64,000 bases of DNA. Origin: Mytilus edulis (Eukaryota). Below are positions 38,057 to 50,826 of the stretch, in pieces. Location of the stretch: contig NC_092354.1 in assembly GCF_963676685.1 (NCBI RefSeq), forward strand, positions 83,762,001 through 83,826,000, given 5' to 3'. The notes beneath the pieces are model-generated. The model searched no databases. It was given only the letters and a program-made list of their open reading frames with translations, and was not told where the DNA came from. The position numbers were made by a program, and so were the translations under genes. Every line of letters begins with the position of its first letter. Within the stretch, counting starts at the first letter, position 1.

Positions 38057-39123
38057 CTAGAACACACCCGCGAAATCGCGGGCATTCAGAGCGTAGTTTA
38101 AAGTATGTAAAGTGTTGTTGGAAGAATTTTGTAAAATACAGAATGGCTGGAGAATTTCAGCAAAAGTATCATAATTCATAGGTTATTGGGGACAGGAAAA
38201 TGTTTTTTTACCCTCCACCTTTATTTCCAACGTTTCCAATTTTTGGTTTTCTATCAATTTCAATATGAGCATACATTTAGTATGTTATGAACATTTATCT
38301 AAGTAAGGAGCCTGTAATTCAGTGGTTGTCGTTTGTTTATGTGTTACATATTTGTTTTTCGTTCATTTTTTGTGCATAAATAAGGCCGCTAGTTTTCTCG
38401 TTTGCATTGTTTTACTTTGTCATTTCGGGCCTTTTGAAGCTGAGTATGCGGTATGGGCTTTGCTCTTTGTTGAAGGCCGTACGGTAACCTATAGTTGTTA
38501 ATATCTGTGTCATTTTGGTCTCTTGTGGAGAGTTGTCTTAACATGGCAATCATACCACATCTTCTTTTTTTTATGTAATCAATGAATTTTGTAAAAGATT
38601 TAATGATTTAATGACTGGAGAATTTCAGAAAAAGTATCAAAAGTTCACATGAATAATTTTAGCGCTGGTATCTGTATATTATGAACATTCATTACTATAT
38701 AAATAAAGCGTATTTAATTTCAATTCTAAGTTTACTAATCGATCCATGGTGATCATTGATATAGTATACAGACCCTCTCTTTTTAATAAACTCTGTGACC
38801 GCCGTGGACAGTAAACTTGAAAATGATAGCAAATAAAATTCTGAAAATACACTTTATTCGTAGTATATGTATGTTCAAAGTATACAGAAAAACGCAAACC
38901 GGAAGTCTAATCTGACTTAAAATTTCGTACAATGACGGGACAATATCCGGATGCCTTTTTTCTCGTTTTTCTCCTAAAATAACTCAATCTGAATAATCAT
39001 ATGAATGGATGACAAATGCGACTATGCACTGTACCTATAGGACACAGAGGCGTGTTGATTAATTTATTCTGGAAAGAAGAGAAGCGACACCAAAAATGAG
39101 GTCTTCTCGTTTAATAGTATAGA
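38057..39123 (-). mobile_element. Non-autonomous Helitron with a nested SINE-like insertion
   Basis: The minus strand starts TCTATACTATTAAACG (39123) and ends with the GC hairpin cccgcga-tt-tcgcggg (38067-38082), 6 nt before the terminal CTAG (38057-38060) followed by T. No TSD. Confidence 0.82.
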
Positions 39124-39716
39124 AGTGAATTATTCCTTTTAATCGATTTTTAAAGAATTATGGTGTACAGTGTTGAAAATCAAAAGTTTTAATGGAATTA
39201 ATTTCAGAAAAAAGCTCGAGTATGAAATTGTCAGGAAGTTCTTACGAGTATTTTTTTAAAGTACTTTTGGTTAATACCGCTACGAGGGAAAATAGTTCTA
39301 CAATATTTCTGAAAACCCTTTTAAAATGCGGACATATTTTTTGTCAATCTACATTTGTAATTAGGTAATTATTGTAGAACATGCGGATGAACGAATTCTG
39401 GAAAGAATGGATATCATTTGAACGGTTATCTGACTAATTAATATTTTTTAAATTTGATTTAACTTCTTGATAAGCAAATGATAACTAATTCTGTTTAGTA
39501 AAATATAAGCTATTACACATATTTATTGTTAAACATATTTCGATGGTGCAAACACTTGTTTCAGGTAAAAAGTTAGATCTAATTGGTGTTATGCCGCTGG
39601 ACATCATCCATTAAAAACATTCCACCCAAAAATTTGTACCTCGTCTGTTTTATTTATATTTATAAAACAACATTGTAAAGTTTATGATACACAATGCAAT
39701 GCGTATATTATAACAG

Positions 39717-39815
39717 AATGGACGAACACAATTATTTGCTGCTGCCAACAGAGATAACATGGAAATCGGTTGTTACCTAGTCACACTTCATTAGTTATAT
39801 AAAAGTCACATCAGA
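39717..39815 (+). pseudogene. Ankyrin pseudo-exon (NGRTQLFAAANRDNMEIGCYLVTLH*)
   Basis: The taacag acceptor is retained and the ankyrin-like frame has a TAG stop; no donor at the expected +99 position. Confidence 0.72.
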
Positions 39816-40144
39816 AAAAAAACCACAAACTGTGTAAAACATCTTTTTTTTAAGCAAAATGAATACTTCAATTATTATATAAAACAAAAACTTTTTAGAA
39901 TTATAACAGGGGAAATAACGTTAACTCGTTTCGTGATATTGAATCCATTGATACACAGTTTTTTAAAAATATTTCTGATATTTATTTGTTGTTTATGTAG
40001 AGTATAACTGAGATTAGTCTTACTGCTCATTTTATTCAGTATTGACTGATAAATGATGTTATATATATTTTATCCTTTCTAAAACACAATACTGTTTAGT
40101 TTATAACAATAGTGTTGATGACTGGTATATATATAATATTACAG

Positions 40145-40243
40145 GGGGGAAATACACCATTATTGACTGCTTGTCTTTATGGACACCTGGATATTGTGCG
40201 TTATCTGATCGAACACGGCTGTGATAAAGAGAGAAGAAACGAG
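40145..40243 (+). CDS. Ankyrin-repeat exon (GGNTPLLTACLYGHLDIVRYLIEHGCDKERRNE)
   Basis: attacag acceptor and GAG/gtaatg donor; 99 nt, phase 0/0. Confidence 0.93.
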
Positions 40244-40450
40244 GTAATGATAGATATTGTCTCTTGTGTCTGCTGATATTCCTCTATATACTGATTCAAA
40301 ACAAAGATGTTTAACAGCCGCCATTACATAATTGTTATCTTTGTTTAAGACAGAATATCATTTTACTTCTCTAGTTTTATTTAAACAGATACTAAAGATT
40401 TTATATCATGACCACTGAGGGAAGTTCCTCGACACAAGACATATTTTTGT

Positions 40451-40730
40451 AAAAGAGGGACGAAAGATACCATAGGGACAGTCAAACTCATTAATTGAAA
40501 ATAAACTGACAACGTCATGGCTAAAATTGAAAAAAGACAAACAGACAAACAATAATACACATGACACAAAGCAATCATTAAGAATCAACAACACGAACCC
40601 CACCAAAAACTAGGAGTGATCTTAGGTGCTCCGGTAGAATAAGCAGATCCTGATCCACATGTGGCACATGTCGTGTTGCTTATGTGATAGCAAATCCCTT
40701 AAAAGTCTAATTCGATAGGTCATATTCATT
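40451..40730 (-). mobile_element. 5'-truncated copy of the Penelope-like element 3' end
   Basis: Reverse complement of ~6860-7140 (aaagagggacgaaagatacc...); absent from the paralogous intron at 52380-52400. Confidence 0.85.
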
Positions 40731-40886
40731 TTAATTGTCACTTATGTGGAATGTAGATTAAAGTTTGACTGGTCATTTATTTTGACATTATTGATTCATT
40801 TCATATACACTTCAATTTTATTTATATCAGAACATTATCCAGTTTATGATACATCAGTTAAAGCTAATTTAAATCTTCTATTATAG

Positions 40887-40985
40887 GATGGTGAAACACC
40901 GTTACTGCTTGCTGCAATTTATGGAAAGATGGAGACCGTCCAATACCTTGTACAAATTGGCTGTGATATAGAAACCAAAGAAAAG
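40887..40985 (+). CDS. Ankyrin-repeat exon (DGETPLLLAAIYGKMETVQYLVQIGCDIETKEK)
   Basis: ctattatag acceptor and AAG/gtaatg donor; 99 nt, phase 0/0. Confidence 0.93.
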
Positions 40986-41075
40986 GTAATGTCAGAAATG
41001 TAAAAATAAATAATGTTGTCTTATACGGAGGTTTAGTGAATGTGTTTTGATATTAAATATATTTTAATATTACAG

Positions 41076-41215
41076 AATGGAATTATTTGTTAGTTTGACC
41101 ATGATTTATGTCATATACTTTTCCTTTATATTCATTATAATGCGTGCTGCTCTTATTGGACAACTAGAAATCGTTCGTTACATGGTCAAATTTGGCTTTG
41201 ACAAAGCAACTTGAC
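41076..41215 (+). pseudogene. Ankyrin pseudo-exon (NGI...MRAALIGQLEIVRYMVKFGFDKAT*)
   Basis: tattacag acceptor, an insertion of roughly 45-50 bp after NGI, similarity to exon 52551-52649, a TGA stop, and a MITE immediately downstream. Confidence 0.72.
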
Positions 41216-41231
41216 TTCAAATGATTCAAAA

Positions 41232-42033
41232 GGTCAAGGAACAGTAAATGGGCTATGTCGCAGATTTTGCTAAAAATTTGCATACAACCTTGGCTCGTTG
41301 AACTACAACTGAAATCGAAAAAATAATGCATTTATCTCAATTATCATTTGAAATATTACTGATTGAAATGTTACAAAATGGGTGAACATTTGTATAGAAA
41401 GCACATAAAATCGGCGAAAAACCTTCTAAAATTTGTCTTGAAAACGCCAAATCTCGAATTCTACTTCATAGATTTTTCTTAAAAAACTATATATTGTTGA
41501 CACATAAATTTATGTTTTAATGATATAAAATAATCATAGGGTCACCGACTTCGTTTTTTGTCTAATACTCAATTTGTAACCTTGTTTGTAGTGAAAAACG
41601 TCAAAAATCAACGTTTTACGGCCTGCAACGCGATAACGTTACGATTATTTCGACGTTTTGTTTGATTTTTCCACATAGAACGCAACTTTAAATGATGTAT
41701 AACGTAAGAACGAAGTCGGTGACCCTATCTTTATTTTGCATCATTATAACGGAAATTTATGTATCAACAACATATAGTTTTTTAAGAAAAATCTATGGAG
41801 TAGAATTACAGATTTGGCGATTTTAAGACAAATTTTAAAAGGGTTTTCGCCGATTTTATGTGCTTTCTATACAAATGTTCACCCATTTTGTAAGAATTCA
41901 ATCAGTAATATTTCAAATGATAATTGAGATAAATGCATTATGTTTTCGATTTTCAGTTGAAGTTCATCGAGCCAGAGTTGTATGCCAAATTTTAATGAAA
42001 TCTGTGACATAGCCCATTTACTGTTCCTTGACC
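41232..42033. mobile_element. ~800-bp fold-back non-autonomous DNA transposon with ~325-bp TIRs (Kolobok-like termini)
   Basis: GGTCAAGGAACAGTAAATGGGCTATGTC... and ...GACATAGCCCATTTACTGTTCCTTGACC. The arms extend to ~41555 and ~41709. The right flank is TTAA and the left flank is AAAA. Confidence 0.88.
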
Positions 42034-42111
42034 TTAAGATATCTATAATAAGATCTATTTATCACACAATGAGGTTTACTGGACAATAGTTATAAAATGA
42101 TTATAATTAAG

Positions 42112-42158
42112 TACGCCAGGCGCGCGTTTCGTCTACATAAGACTCATCAGTGACGCTC
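42112..42158 (-). ncRNA. Minimal type I hammerhead motif with a cleavage-site mutation (GUC>GCC)
   Basis: Minus strand: gagcgtca-CTGATGA-gtct tatgt agac-GAAA-cgcgcg-CC-tggcgta, inside a retrozyme-like fragment at ~42090-42237. Confidence 0.75.
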
Positions 42159-45100
42159 ATATCAAAATATTTATCAAGCCAAACAAGTACAAAGTTGAAG
42201 AGCATTGTTGATCCAAAATTCCAAAAAGTTGTGACAACATATTCTCATCAAATTTGCTAGATAGTAGATATAAGAAGATGTGGTATGATTGCCAATGAGA
42301 CAACTCTCCATCAAAGTAACAACTTATAAAAGTAAACCATTATAGGCCAAGGTAAGGTCTTCAACATCGAGCCTTGGCTCACACCGAACAGCAAGCTATA
42401 AAGGACTCCAACAAATTGTTTGTAGATAGAGTGTGTTTATTCCCACTCGTCCTGAACTATGTTACAAAGATCTTATATTCACTTCTGACAAAATATGATA
42501 CTGATAACAACTTTAAGTTGTTTTTCGTGTTACTCGTGCTGTCATTCTGAATCCATTGATTTTCATTTTAAAGAAATTTCTTATTAAAAAGGAAAATTTA
42601 ATTTTTAATATGACAGTTCTATTAAAGATTTGACTTTGTTTTGTAATAGCAATATATCGTACACAAGATTTAAGAGGTAACATGATCTATCCACTTTTTA
42701 CATACCTTGTGAAGACTATAATGTTACACTTGTCGTTTAACACATTGAGGGGTGTCAGATTAGTAGGAATGACATATCGACCGTCGGGATGTCTTTCTTT
42801 GGGCAATACTGACGCACCATAAAATATGCTTTATCTGACTTATACATACCGTTCAAAAATTGAAACATTCATTTCTGATGTGTTAATTTTTTGATTCGAT
42901 CTACGGCTCATTTATAATGTGAAATGAAATTCACCAATTAATCAAGGTATAAACGTTATAAATCATTATCCAGGACTGCAGTTGCCTGAAGCAAGACAAA
43001 AATTAATTGTTACTTCCCAATTACGTTGTATGAACCATACAAATATATATGTAGGTAACTCATTGTTCAAACTTAAAATTTATTTTATCATAACATATTT
43101 ACCACGGAAATATAGATTATTTGTTCAATAATATTTGACGAAATGAACTGTTATCTGCTGTTTAGTCGGGTTGTTGTCTCTTTGACATATTCTCCATTTC
43201 CAATTTCAATTGTATTCAGAATATTTTTTTCTAAAATGCAATACATTTTGTTAAACCAAATCAGGTTTTATTGTATTGGCAATAACAATATTTGGTCATT
43301 GGATTATTTGATAGAGAAAATGTATATAAAAGATTTTAAAGATAAAGAACCGATACATATAGACTCTACATTCGAGTCTGAAAAGATATTTATCCACTCG
43401 AGACAGTTAAAATTTCAAATATAAAACGTTTTACTATGCAAGATGAGAATGGAATGAATTGTGAATTTACATACAAATCCCAATGTAGCGCATCCATTCA
43501 TCAGCCATCAAATACTAGTTAGGCAAGCCAGTAAAGAACTATTGATGAAGTCTTTGAAACATGTATGTGTCTTCCCCTCATGACAATTATTGTCCATAAT
43601 AAAAAAAGAAAGAATATGTGGTATGATTGTCAAACTCTCCACAAGAGGCAAATTAACACAGAAATAAAAAAACTATAGGTCACAGTACAACCTTCAATAA
43701 TTAGCAAAGCCCTTACTGCAAAGGTGCATAAGACCATTTGTTACATTAAAGAATCTTCCACGTGTGACTTATATATATATGCAAAGGACGCAATGATGAT
43801 TATTTAATTGAGGAGACAAACGAAATATGTCAGTCACGGACACATGCAAGTTTGTGTGTTGCTTAGCCAAACATTGGCATACAAGCATCAAATGCAAATA
43901 GCTGTGGATGACAAAGAGATCAAGTATAATCTTTATAACCCTTGATTTAGAAGTGTTATAAAATGTCTTTGAAGGTATAAAAAGGGGGGTTACAATCGGC
44001 ACACCGATGTCTTTAAAATGCAATATGAACCCGGGAACTTTCCTGTAAATGGAGTAATACTACTTTTACGGTAATAAAGAGTCAATATTTTGTTAAACAT
44101 TGATAACATAAAGTTTATCTTCCAGCCGAATAATCACGTCTTAATGCTGGAAGACAAAGACGTATTAAACCATTTTAAATCGAGTTTTTGGTTTAAATCT
44201 ATCGGTTCTCTACCTCGAACTTATATTCAGTTTTTGGGAATTATTGTGAAATAGTTGAATTTGTGTTCTTTGTATCTAAGTCACAGTGAGACCGTCAATA
44301 CGGTGCAAACTGGTCACCTCTCTGCATTGTTTTGGCAGGAATTAACATACGAATATAGATATATAGGGTAATTTGTTCTGTAATGCAGTCTATATTATAG
44401 AAAGGAATATTCAGATTTATGATTAGCCTGAAATCTGCAAATGCATGTAATCCAAGAATAAAGAGATGTGTTAAAGATTAACAATGAAACATTGATCAAC
44501 GAAAGTTCAAATAAAATGCAGTTAAACAATAAAGCAACCATAGGGTCTTTAACAGTGATAACAATACAACTGGTATAGTTGACTATAAAAGCCCTCGACA
44601 TGAATAATAAAAAAAAACCATTTTAATTGAGAAAACTTACTCCTATTTTCAATACGTACATGTTTATAAATTTCCAAAAATGGCACCCGTCCTTAAATTT
44701 ATTCATAGAGTCTGACTAGTACTCACATCATATTCAAGAACACATAAAACATTTTAACCTAAATAAGTTTGCTTTTACTCCATTGATGTTTTGTTTGAGC
44801 CTTGGTGGTAATAACGTTCTACATTTACAATTCTGTCATTAGTACTAATTTAAATGACAGATTTCAAAATTGTAACAGGTAGATATGAAATAGAATAATA
44901 TGATATGACTGCCAATGAGACAGTACTGGTGTGACAACACACTAAAACATACAGTTTCACGACACCAACTGCTAAGACATCATTAACTCCAACTTCAATA
45001 AAAACTCTAAGCACAGTGAAACAAACCACCTAACACACAGAACTGATGATGATAAATTCAAGTTTACAAAACAATAATAATAGAAATATGTTAAAATATA

Positions 45101-48100
45101 ATGACAAAGACCCATTTAGACGTAAATAGAGAAAAATAAATCTGAAAATTGAAAGTCAATTTAAATACACCTCTCACGGATAAATAGTTTTGAAAATACA
45201 AACTTAAAGGCTGATTAACCAACAATTATTGAACGTTTTAGATTAAATCTAAATTAACGACGCTGAAGCAAACTATATGTAAATTTGTAGTATTACATTT
45301 TCCCAGCATTAAGTTGGCCTTTTGTGTATCCAAGACAGGTGAAGGAAGTCAACTTAGTAGTTCTGTGATTGGATGTAAGGGTACAATATATTTTTTTTTA
45401 ATTATCTATGAATAACTGCAGTGTGTAAATTTACAATGTAAATTTGAATACCTATTGAAATATTTTCTATAGAATTATTCGAAAAGGCTTCCTAATTTCA
45501 TAAATTTGGTGCAAAATGGCGTTTGTCATGGATAACATAAACAAGCTCCGTTGGAAATTGGTCATGATACTATTTGGCTTCAATTTTTAAAATACAGTAA
45601 TAAAGTTCTAACACCACACATAACTGTTTTATCCAGGTTTTTATTATAAAAACTGGTAAATTTAGAAAATGTTAGTATTGTCGCCTATGGCAGAATAAAT
45701 AGTACCGTTTTCCCTATATATTCATACACTGCTGATATGAAACCGTTATAAATCAAAGACGGTGTAACCTAACAAGATATACGCACTGATAATTGAGAAT
45801 CCTTACTCACTCATAATTCATTTACCACTAAAAGGGAAGCCCACTTGATATAACACACCACTGAGGGATACACTCTTAATTTAACGCACCACTAATCGTA
45901 AAAAAATCAGAACTTGTAAATTAAGTCCACTAAAATTCACGAACCATAAACATTAAAGCTGAAGCTAAATTAAACCCAAACGCCCCTTAAAACGAGCCTA
46001 CTGAAACTCCTACATCAATGAAGATGAAGTTAAGTAAAAAGCACACATCATTGATAGTAAAGTCCAATTAAATGAACAACACTGATTACATACAGGATAA
46101 TGAAGCTTAAAATTAAAATTAAATTTAAACATCGCTTATTAAAAATACGTACAAAATGCACATACTACTAATGATGAATCTTTATCAATTCATACATTAC
46201 ATATGTTGAAGCCTAAATGAATTCACACAGCAACAGTTAATACTCAAATAATGGTGGATTTCTATGAATTCATACACTTCTTTTCAAATCTCACAAACAA
46301 CATTGCTCATCATCATAAATTCACAGATCAGTTATAGTAAATCCCTATAGATGCATACTCTTGTGTTGACCGAGCACACCATTCAAAGTATCACACTAAT
46401 GATAAAACGGTAAAAACAAAATTAAAACAAAAATCGAAGATTGATGGCATCTACTTTTTGTTTATTTCTTTGAAGTATTTTTATTTGATTTTTTTTCATT
46501 TTATACAATAATCATAAGCATTGTATTTATGTTCCGGACCATATGAGTATTTGGACCATACGCGTATGGTCATGACCATATGCGTATACTCATATGGTCC
46601 GACCATACGCGTATGGTCCGACCGTACGCATATGGTCTGACCATATGAGTATAATACTCGTTCGGTTATTAACGGGCTTGACCATATGAGTTTTTAGACC
46701 ATTTAGGTATTTTTTTTCAAATTACATTATAAACGTTTCAATAATACAAAAACTTTATCTAAAAAACAATGATGGTCACATGACAGTTTGTTTATTTTAT
46801 AATTCAAAGATAACGTAAAAAATAAATATTGATGCCAGCCCATAGTTAGTTTTCATCGCTAGTTACATTATTGCATGAAGGCTTTGGTTGACATTAACTT
46901 CCACGTGGTATTATGTTTTTTTGGTTTTTTTTGCATTTGCGAGTCTTTGTAGTGCACGATCCTTTTCAGTTACACCTTCTGTTTGAGAGTGAAAAGCTAG
47001 CCTTTATGCAGCTGCGTACAGTGATACCGAGGTCTTTGGCCATTCTGATCTCTACGGTGTTTTTAAGAAGCTCTTACTAGATCTCAAATCTCGCAAAATG
47101 ACTGCAATACACCATATTCACAAGACATTTAAATAAACTATGTTACTTTCCAGAAACTTCTTGTTACAGTAACAGTAAGAGATTTTTGGAATTTAATTAT
47201 TTAAGTGGAAATATTGCTATTCACCCGTAATTATAACAAAACGGCAATGGACATCGGTAATGACCATCGGTATAAAGTGTTTTTTTTTTTATAGTTTTGA
47301 CAAGATAGTGAAAAGTCTATGGAAAAAGCGTATCGATAAAAACTTTTCTTATATCAATGAGCGATATTGTCTAATATCAAACTGTAAATATGCAGACATT
47401 CCATGCGGAAAATGATGTTTTCGGCAACGAAAAATTAAGAAAATACTAACTTTAAAACTTATTGTTCAAATATAAATAACAATTGAGTCTAAATATACAT
47501 TCAGAAGTTAGTTAGAAGCTAAAGTTTATGTCCGTGTAAAATTTGAAGTGCTGTGTTTTTCTTATATACATAAATAAACAATGCGATGCTTTTAAAAGAT
47601 CAATGCGATACTTTTAAAATATCATAGCGGTGTTTTTGTTAAATCAATATTAGTACCGATTAGTATAAATATCAGACTGTTGTACCCATATTTTGACAAC
47701 TTTACCTATTATGCCTGTTTTGTTCACGCATAGTTGTAAATATGACAGAATTTGATTGGACTGTCATACACATGAGAGGTTAAGCGCTATAAAACCAGGT
47801 TCAATCCACCATTTTCGAAACTTGAAAATGCCAGTAATGAATCAGAAATATGACAGTTTTTATTTATTCGTTTGGTGTGTTTTATCATTTGATTTTACCA
47901 TTTAATAAGGGACTTTCTGTTTTGAATTTTCGTGGAATCGGAGTTCAGTATTTTTTGTGATTTTACTTCTTAGTAGTATTGTATGTAAATTAGCAGTTTT
48001 AAGAGCATTGCTTAAATTCAAATTGTTTTTGGTAACGTCTTACAAATTTCTCAATAAGTTTTGGAAGCAAAACTAATCAAAAAGAGCTTAATAAACAATG

Positions 48101-48592
48101 CCGTAATCAAATAGCTAACTATCAAAATGATTGTTCACATAGATAACATTTAGAAAATTTCATAATGAACGCACCGAAATAATATATATCCGATATGCTC
48201 GCAACGCACGTATGGAAGACTTTCATTGGATAACAATGAAACTAACTTGTGACAAAGATGAATCATACTGTCCTCGTTCAGATTGATTCGACAAAATATG
48301 ACCTGTACTTTTGAATCTCCTTTTTTTTTTTACAAAATAGACCGTTGGTTTTCCTGTTTGATTGGTTTAACACTAGTAATGTTTTGTTCCTATATAGCGT
48401 GGTGTTTGCTGTGGGCCAAGTCTCCATATTTAAGGACCTACTTTGATCTATAATGGCTTACCCTAAACAAATAATTACTTTGATGGAAAGTTATCTCACT
48501 CGAACTCATGCACCATCTTTTTATATCTATAAATCTTTAAAATTTCCCTTTATATATAACTGCTTTCCAGTCCTCCAACTGAACGATCTAAA

Positions 48593-49633
48593 CAGTGGCG
48601 GATTCAGATGGGGGCGTAGAGGGCGTACGCCCCTCCTTTACTCGGACTTTTTTGTTTTTTGTTTTGGTAAAAATGATTAATCAGACTAGACTGGCTTCGT
48701 GAACTTTGCCATTTTCCGAGTATTTAATCTTTATACGATAATTGTTAAGTTATAAAGATATTTTTCGCTGGAATTTACTGATTGTCAAAGACATGTGATT
48801 TACTATGGTGGAGTTGACCAGTGCGTTTAAAAAACGGCACTCGGTCATTTTCAAATTCAAATTACCGTAATACACATTGCTTACTAGGCTGATAATGTCC
48901 TGATAATCAGGAAACCCTCAAAGCGACACAGGATTGACCAAGAAAGTATTGACTTCTATGTCATGTATGTCACTATTCCAACAAACAGAAAGTAATAGTA
49001 AATACTTTACAGTATAGACTATTACACTCTCATGAAAAAAAAGTTCCACAATATCATTTACTTACGAAAACATGTTTAACCCCAAATGCCCCAGCCTATT
49101 TTATAAATAACAAAGTTGAATAATGATCCACAGTCAGTATAAGCTCCAGAAAGATTTAAAGTCTCAGGTACGAACCATTTGATTTGAGGAGCCAGTCTGA
49201 GATATTTGAGAGAAAAAAAAACGAATCTGATTTTTGACTTAAAACAAAAATTCTGGCCGTATCTGGATTGAAAACAATAGTCTTGTCCACGTTTTTGCTA
49301 TTAAAAACGAAAATTTCCAACAAAATTATTTAACATGAAATGAACATAATAAATAAAAACGGGCGTATTTTTCTGTGACCGGGGTTTGCATGACCTTTAA
49401 GTCTCTATTTGACGACCGTCGTTCGCAACTTCGTTGTCATTTCAGACACTTTCGTAGTCTTTGATGGAATTGGAACCCCTCACATCGGGCCCCTAAGTTA
49501 TGTTGGGTGAAACATATCAATAAAATATTTTGATAATAACTGCTTGTTTGTCTTTTTAAACTCGTGTAAGTCGTATTGTTAATTTCATCAATTTGAAATC
49601 TTCCCCCTTTCAAAAATCCTGGATCCGCCCCTG
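48593..49633. mobile_element. Nested hAT-like MITE (CAG(T/G)GGCGGAT(T/C)CAG termini)
   Basis: cagtggcggattcag at 48593 and ctggatccgcccctg ending at 49633. The flanks ctaaa / ctaca are only an imperfect TSD. Confidence 0.65.
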
Positions 49634-50399
49634 CTACATGTATGAATATAGAAAAGATATATACACATGTATTACGTCAAAAGATTTTTACATCTTATTT
49701 ATTTGTGTTCTAAACATTTGTTTCAGTACTCATTGAAGAAATGAATTTATAAAAAGCGATACGGATTTTTTTTTTGCATTAAGAAAAGTACACGTATTTT
49801 TAAGATCGGTTACTAGACAAAAACGGAAGTCAAATATCTGTGGCAACAATACATCGGAATACCCTCACGGTCATCGCGATTTAAAAGAGCATCCACTCGG
49901 CGAGCTGATTATGTTCATGATATCGATTTACCATCGGGAAAAGTCTTTGATATCCAAAAAAGAACTGTTTTCCTTCTCAATATCTTTTTCCATGTTTCGA
50001 TATTACCAAGGTGGATAGGCTATAGCAGTGTGACCAGTATATTATAATCTAATAGTATTTAGACGTATTTGCAACCGCATTTAAATCCGCCATTGGATCA
50101 TAACTTCAAATAGAATTATAAAAAATAAGATGGGGTATGATTGCCAATAAGACGACACAAGTGACCAAAATAACACAGACAATAACAACTATAGGTCACC
50201 GTACGGCCTTCAACAATGAGCAAAGCCCATACCGCATAGTCAGCTATAAAATGCGCGATAAGACAATGTAAAACAATTCAAACGAGAAAAACTAACGGCC
50301 TTATTTAAACAACAACAAAAAAATGAACGAAAAACAAATATGTTACACATAAACAAACGACAACAGGCTCCTGACTTCGGACAGGCACAAACATAAATT

Positions 50400-50767
50400 A
50401 AAGAACCTTAGTGAGCACGCTCACATACCCCACGTCCCCACATTGTCATTGGAGAAATTAAATAAGTGTAAGAAAAAAAATCGTATAAGAAAAATTACTT
50501 TCCTGCCAATATGCACATCTAAATAGTATGTCCTTATTATCTATAAAATTTCATGAAATTCTGTTGTTTGGTTTTAGAGGAGTTGAGATGACAAACTGTT
50601 GCAGAAGTACATTGAAGCAAATAAGTTCAAAGGGGCGTAACTTCTAGAGAAAAAAAATGAATCGCAATTTCCCGTCGATATGCACAACTACATAGTATGT
50701 CCTTATCATCTGAAAAGGTTTCGTGAAATTCTGTTGTGTGGTTTGAGAGAATTGCGACTGACGGACG

Positions 50768-50810
<43 letters not shown>

Positions 50811-50826
50811 CGCTCGGGGAATAATA
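50400..50826. mobile_element. Helentron-associated (HINE/DINE-like) element inserted into a SINE-like repeat
   Basis: Two ~180-bp internal tandem units, a (gacg/gact)n microsatellite and a terminal GC-rich hairpin-like end. The host repeat resumes afterwards (gcggggttaaacatgttag). Confidence 0.65.

Noticed and set aside
44861-45381. Possible extra exons (44861-44878; ~45339-45381)
   Set aside because: Splice signals are weak and there is no ankyrin or other recognisable coding signal.
46530-46652. CRISPR-like look of repeated palindromes (also 51773-51882)
   Set aside because: There are no unique spacers and no cas genes, the context is eukaryotic, and the two blocks are inverted copies bounded by a TSD, so they are TIRs.
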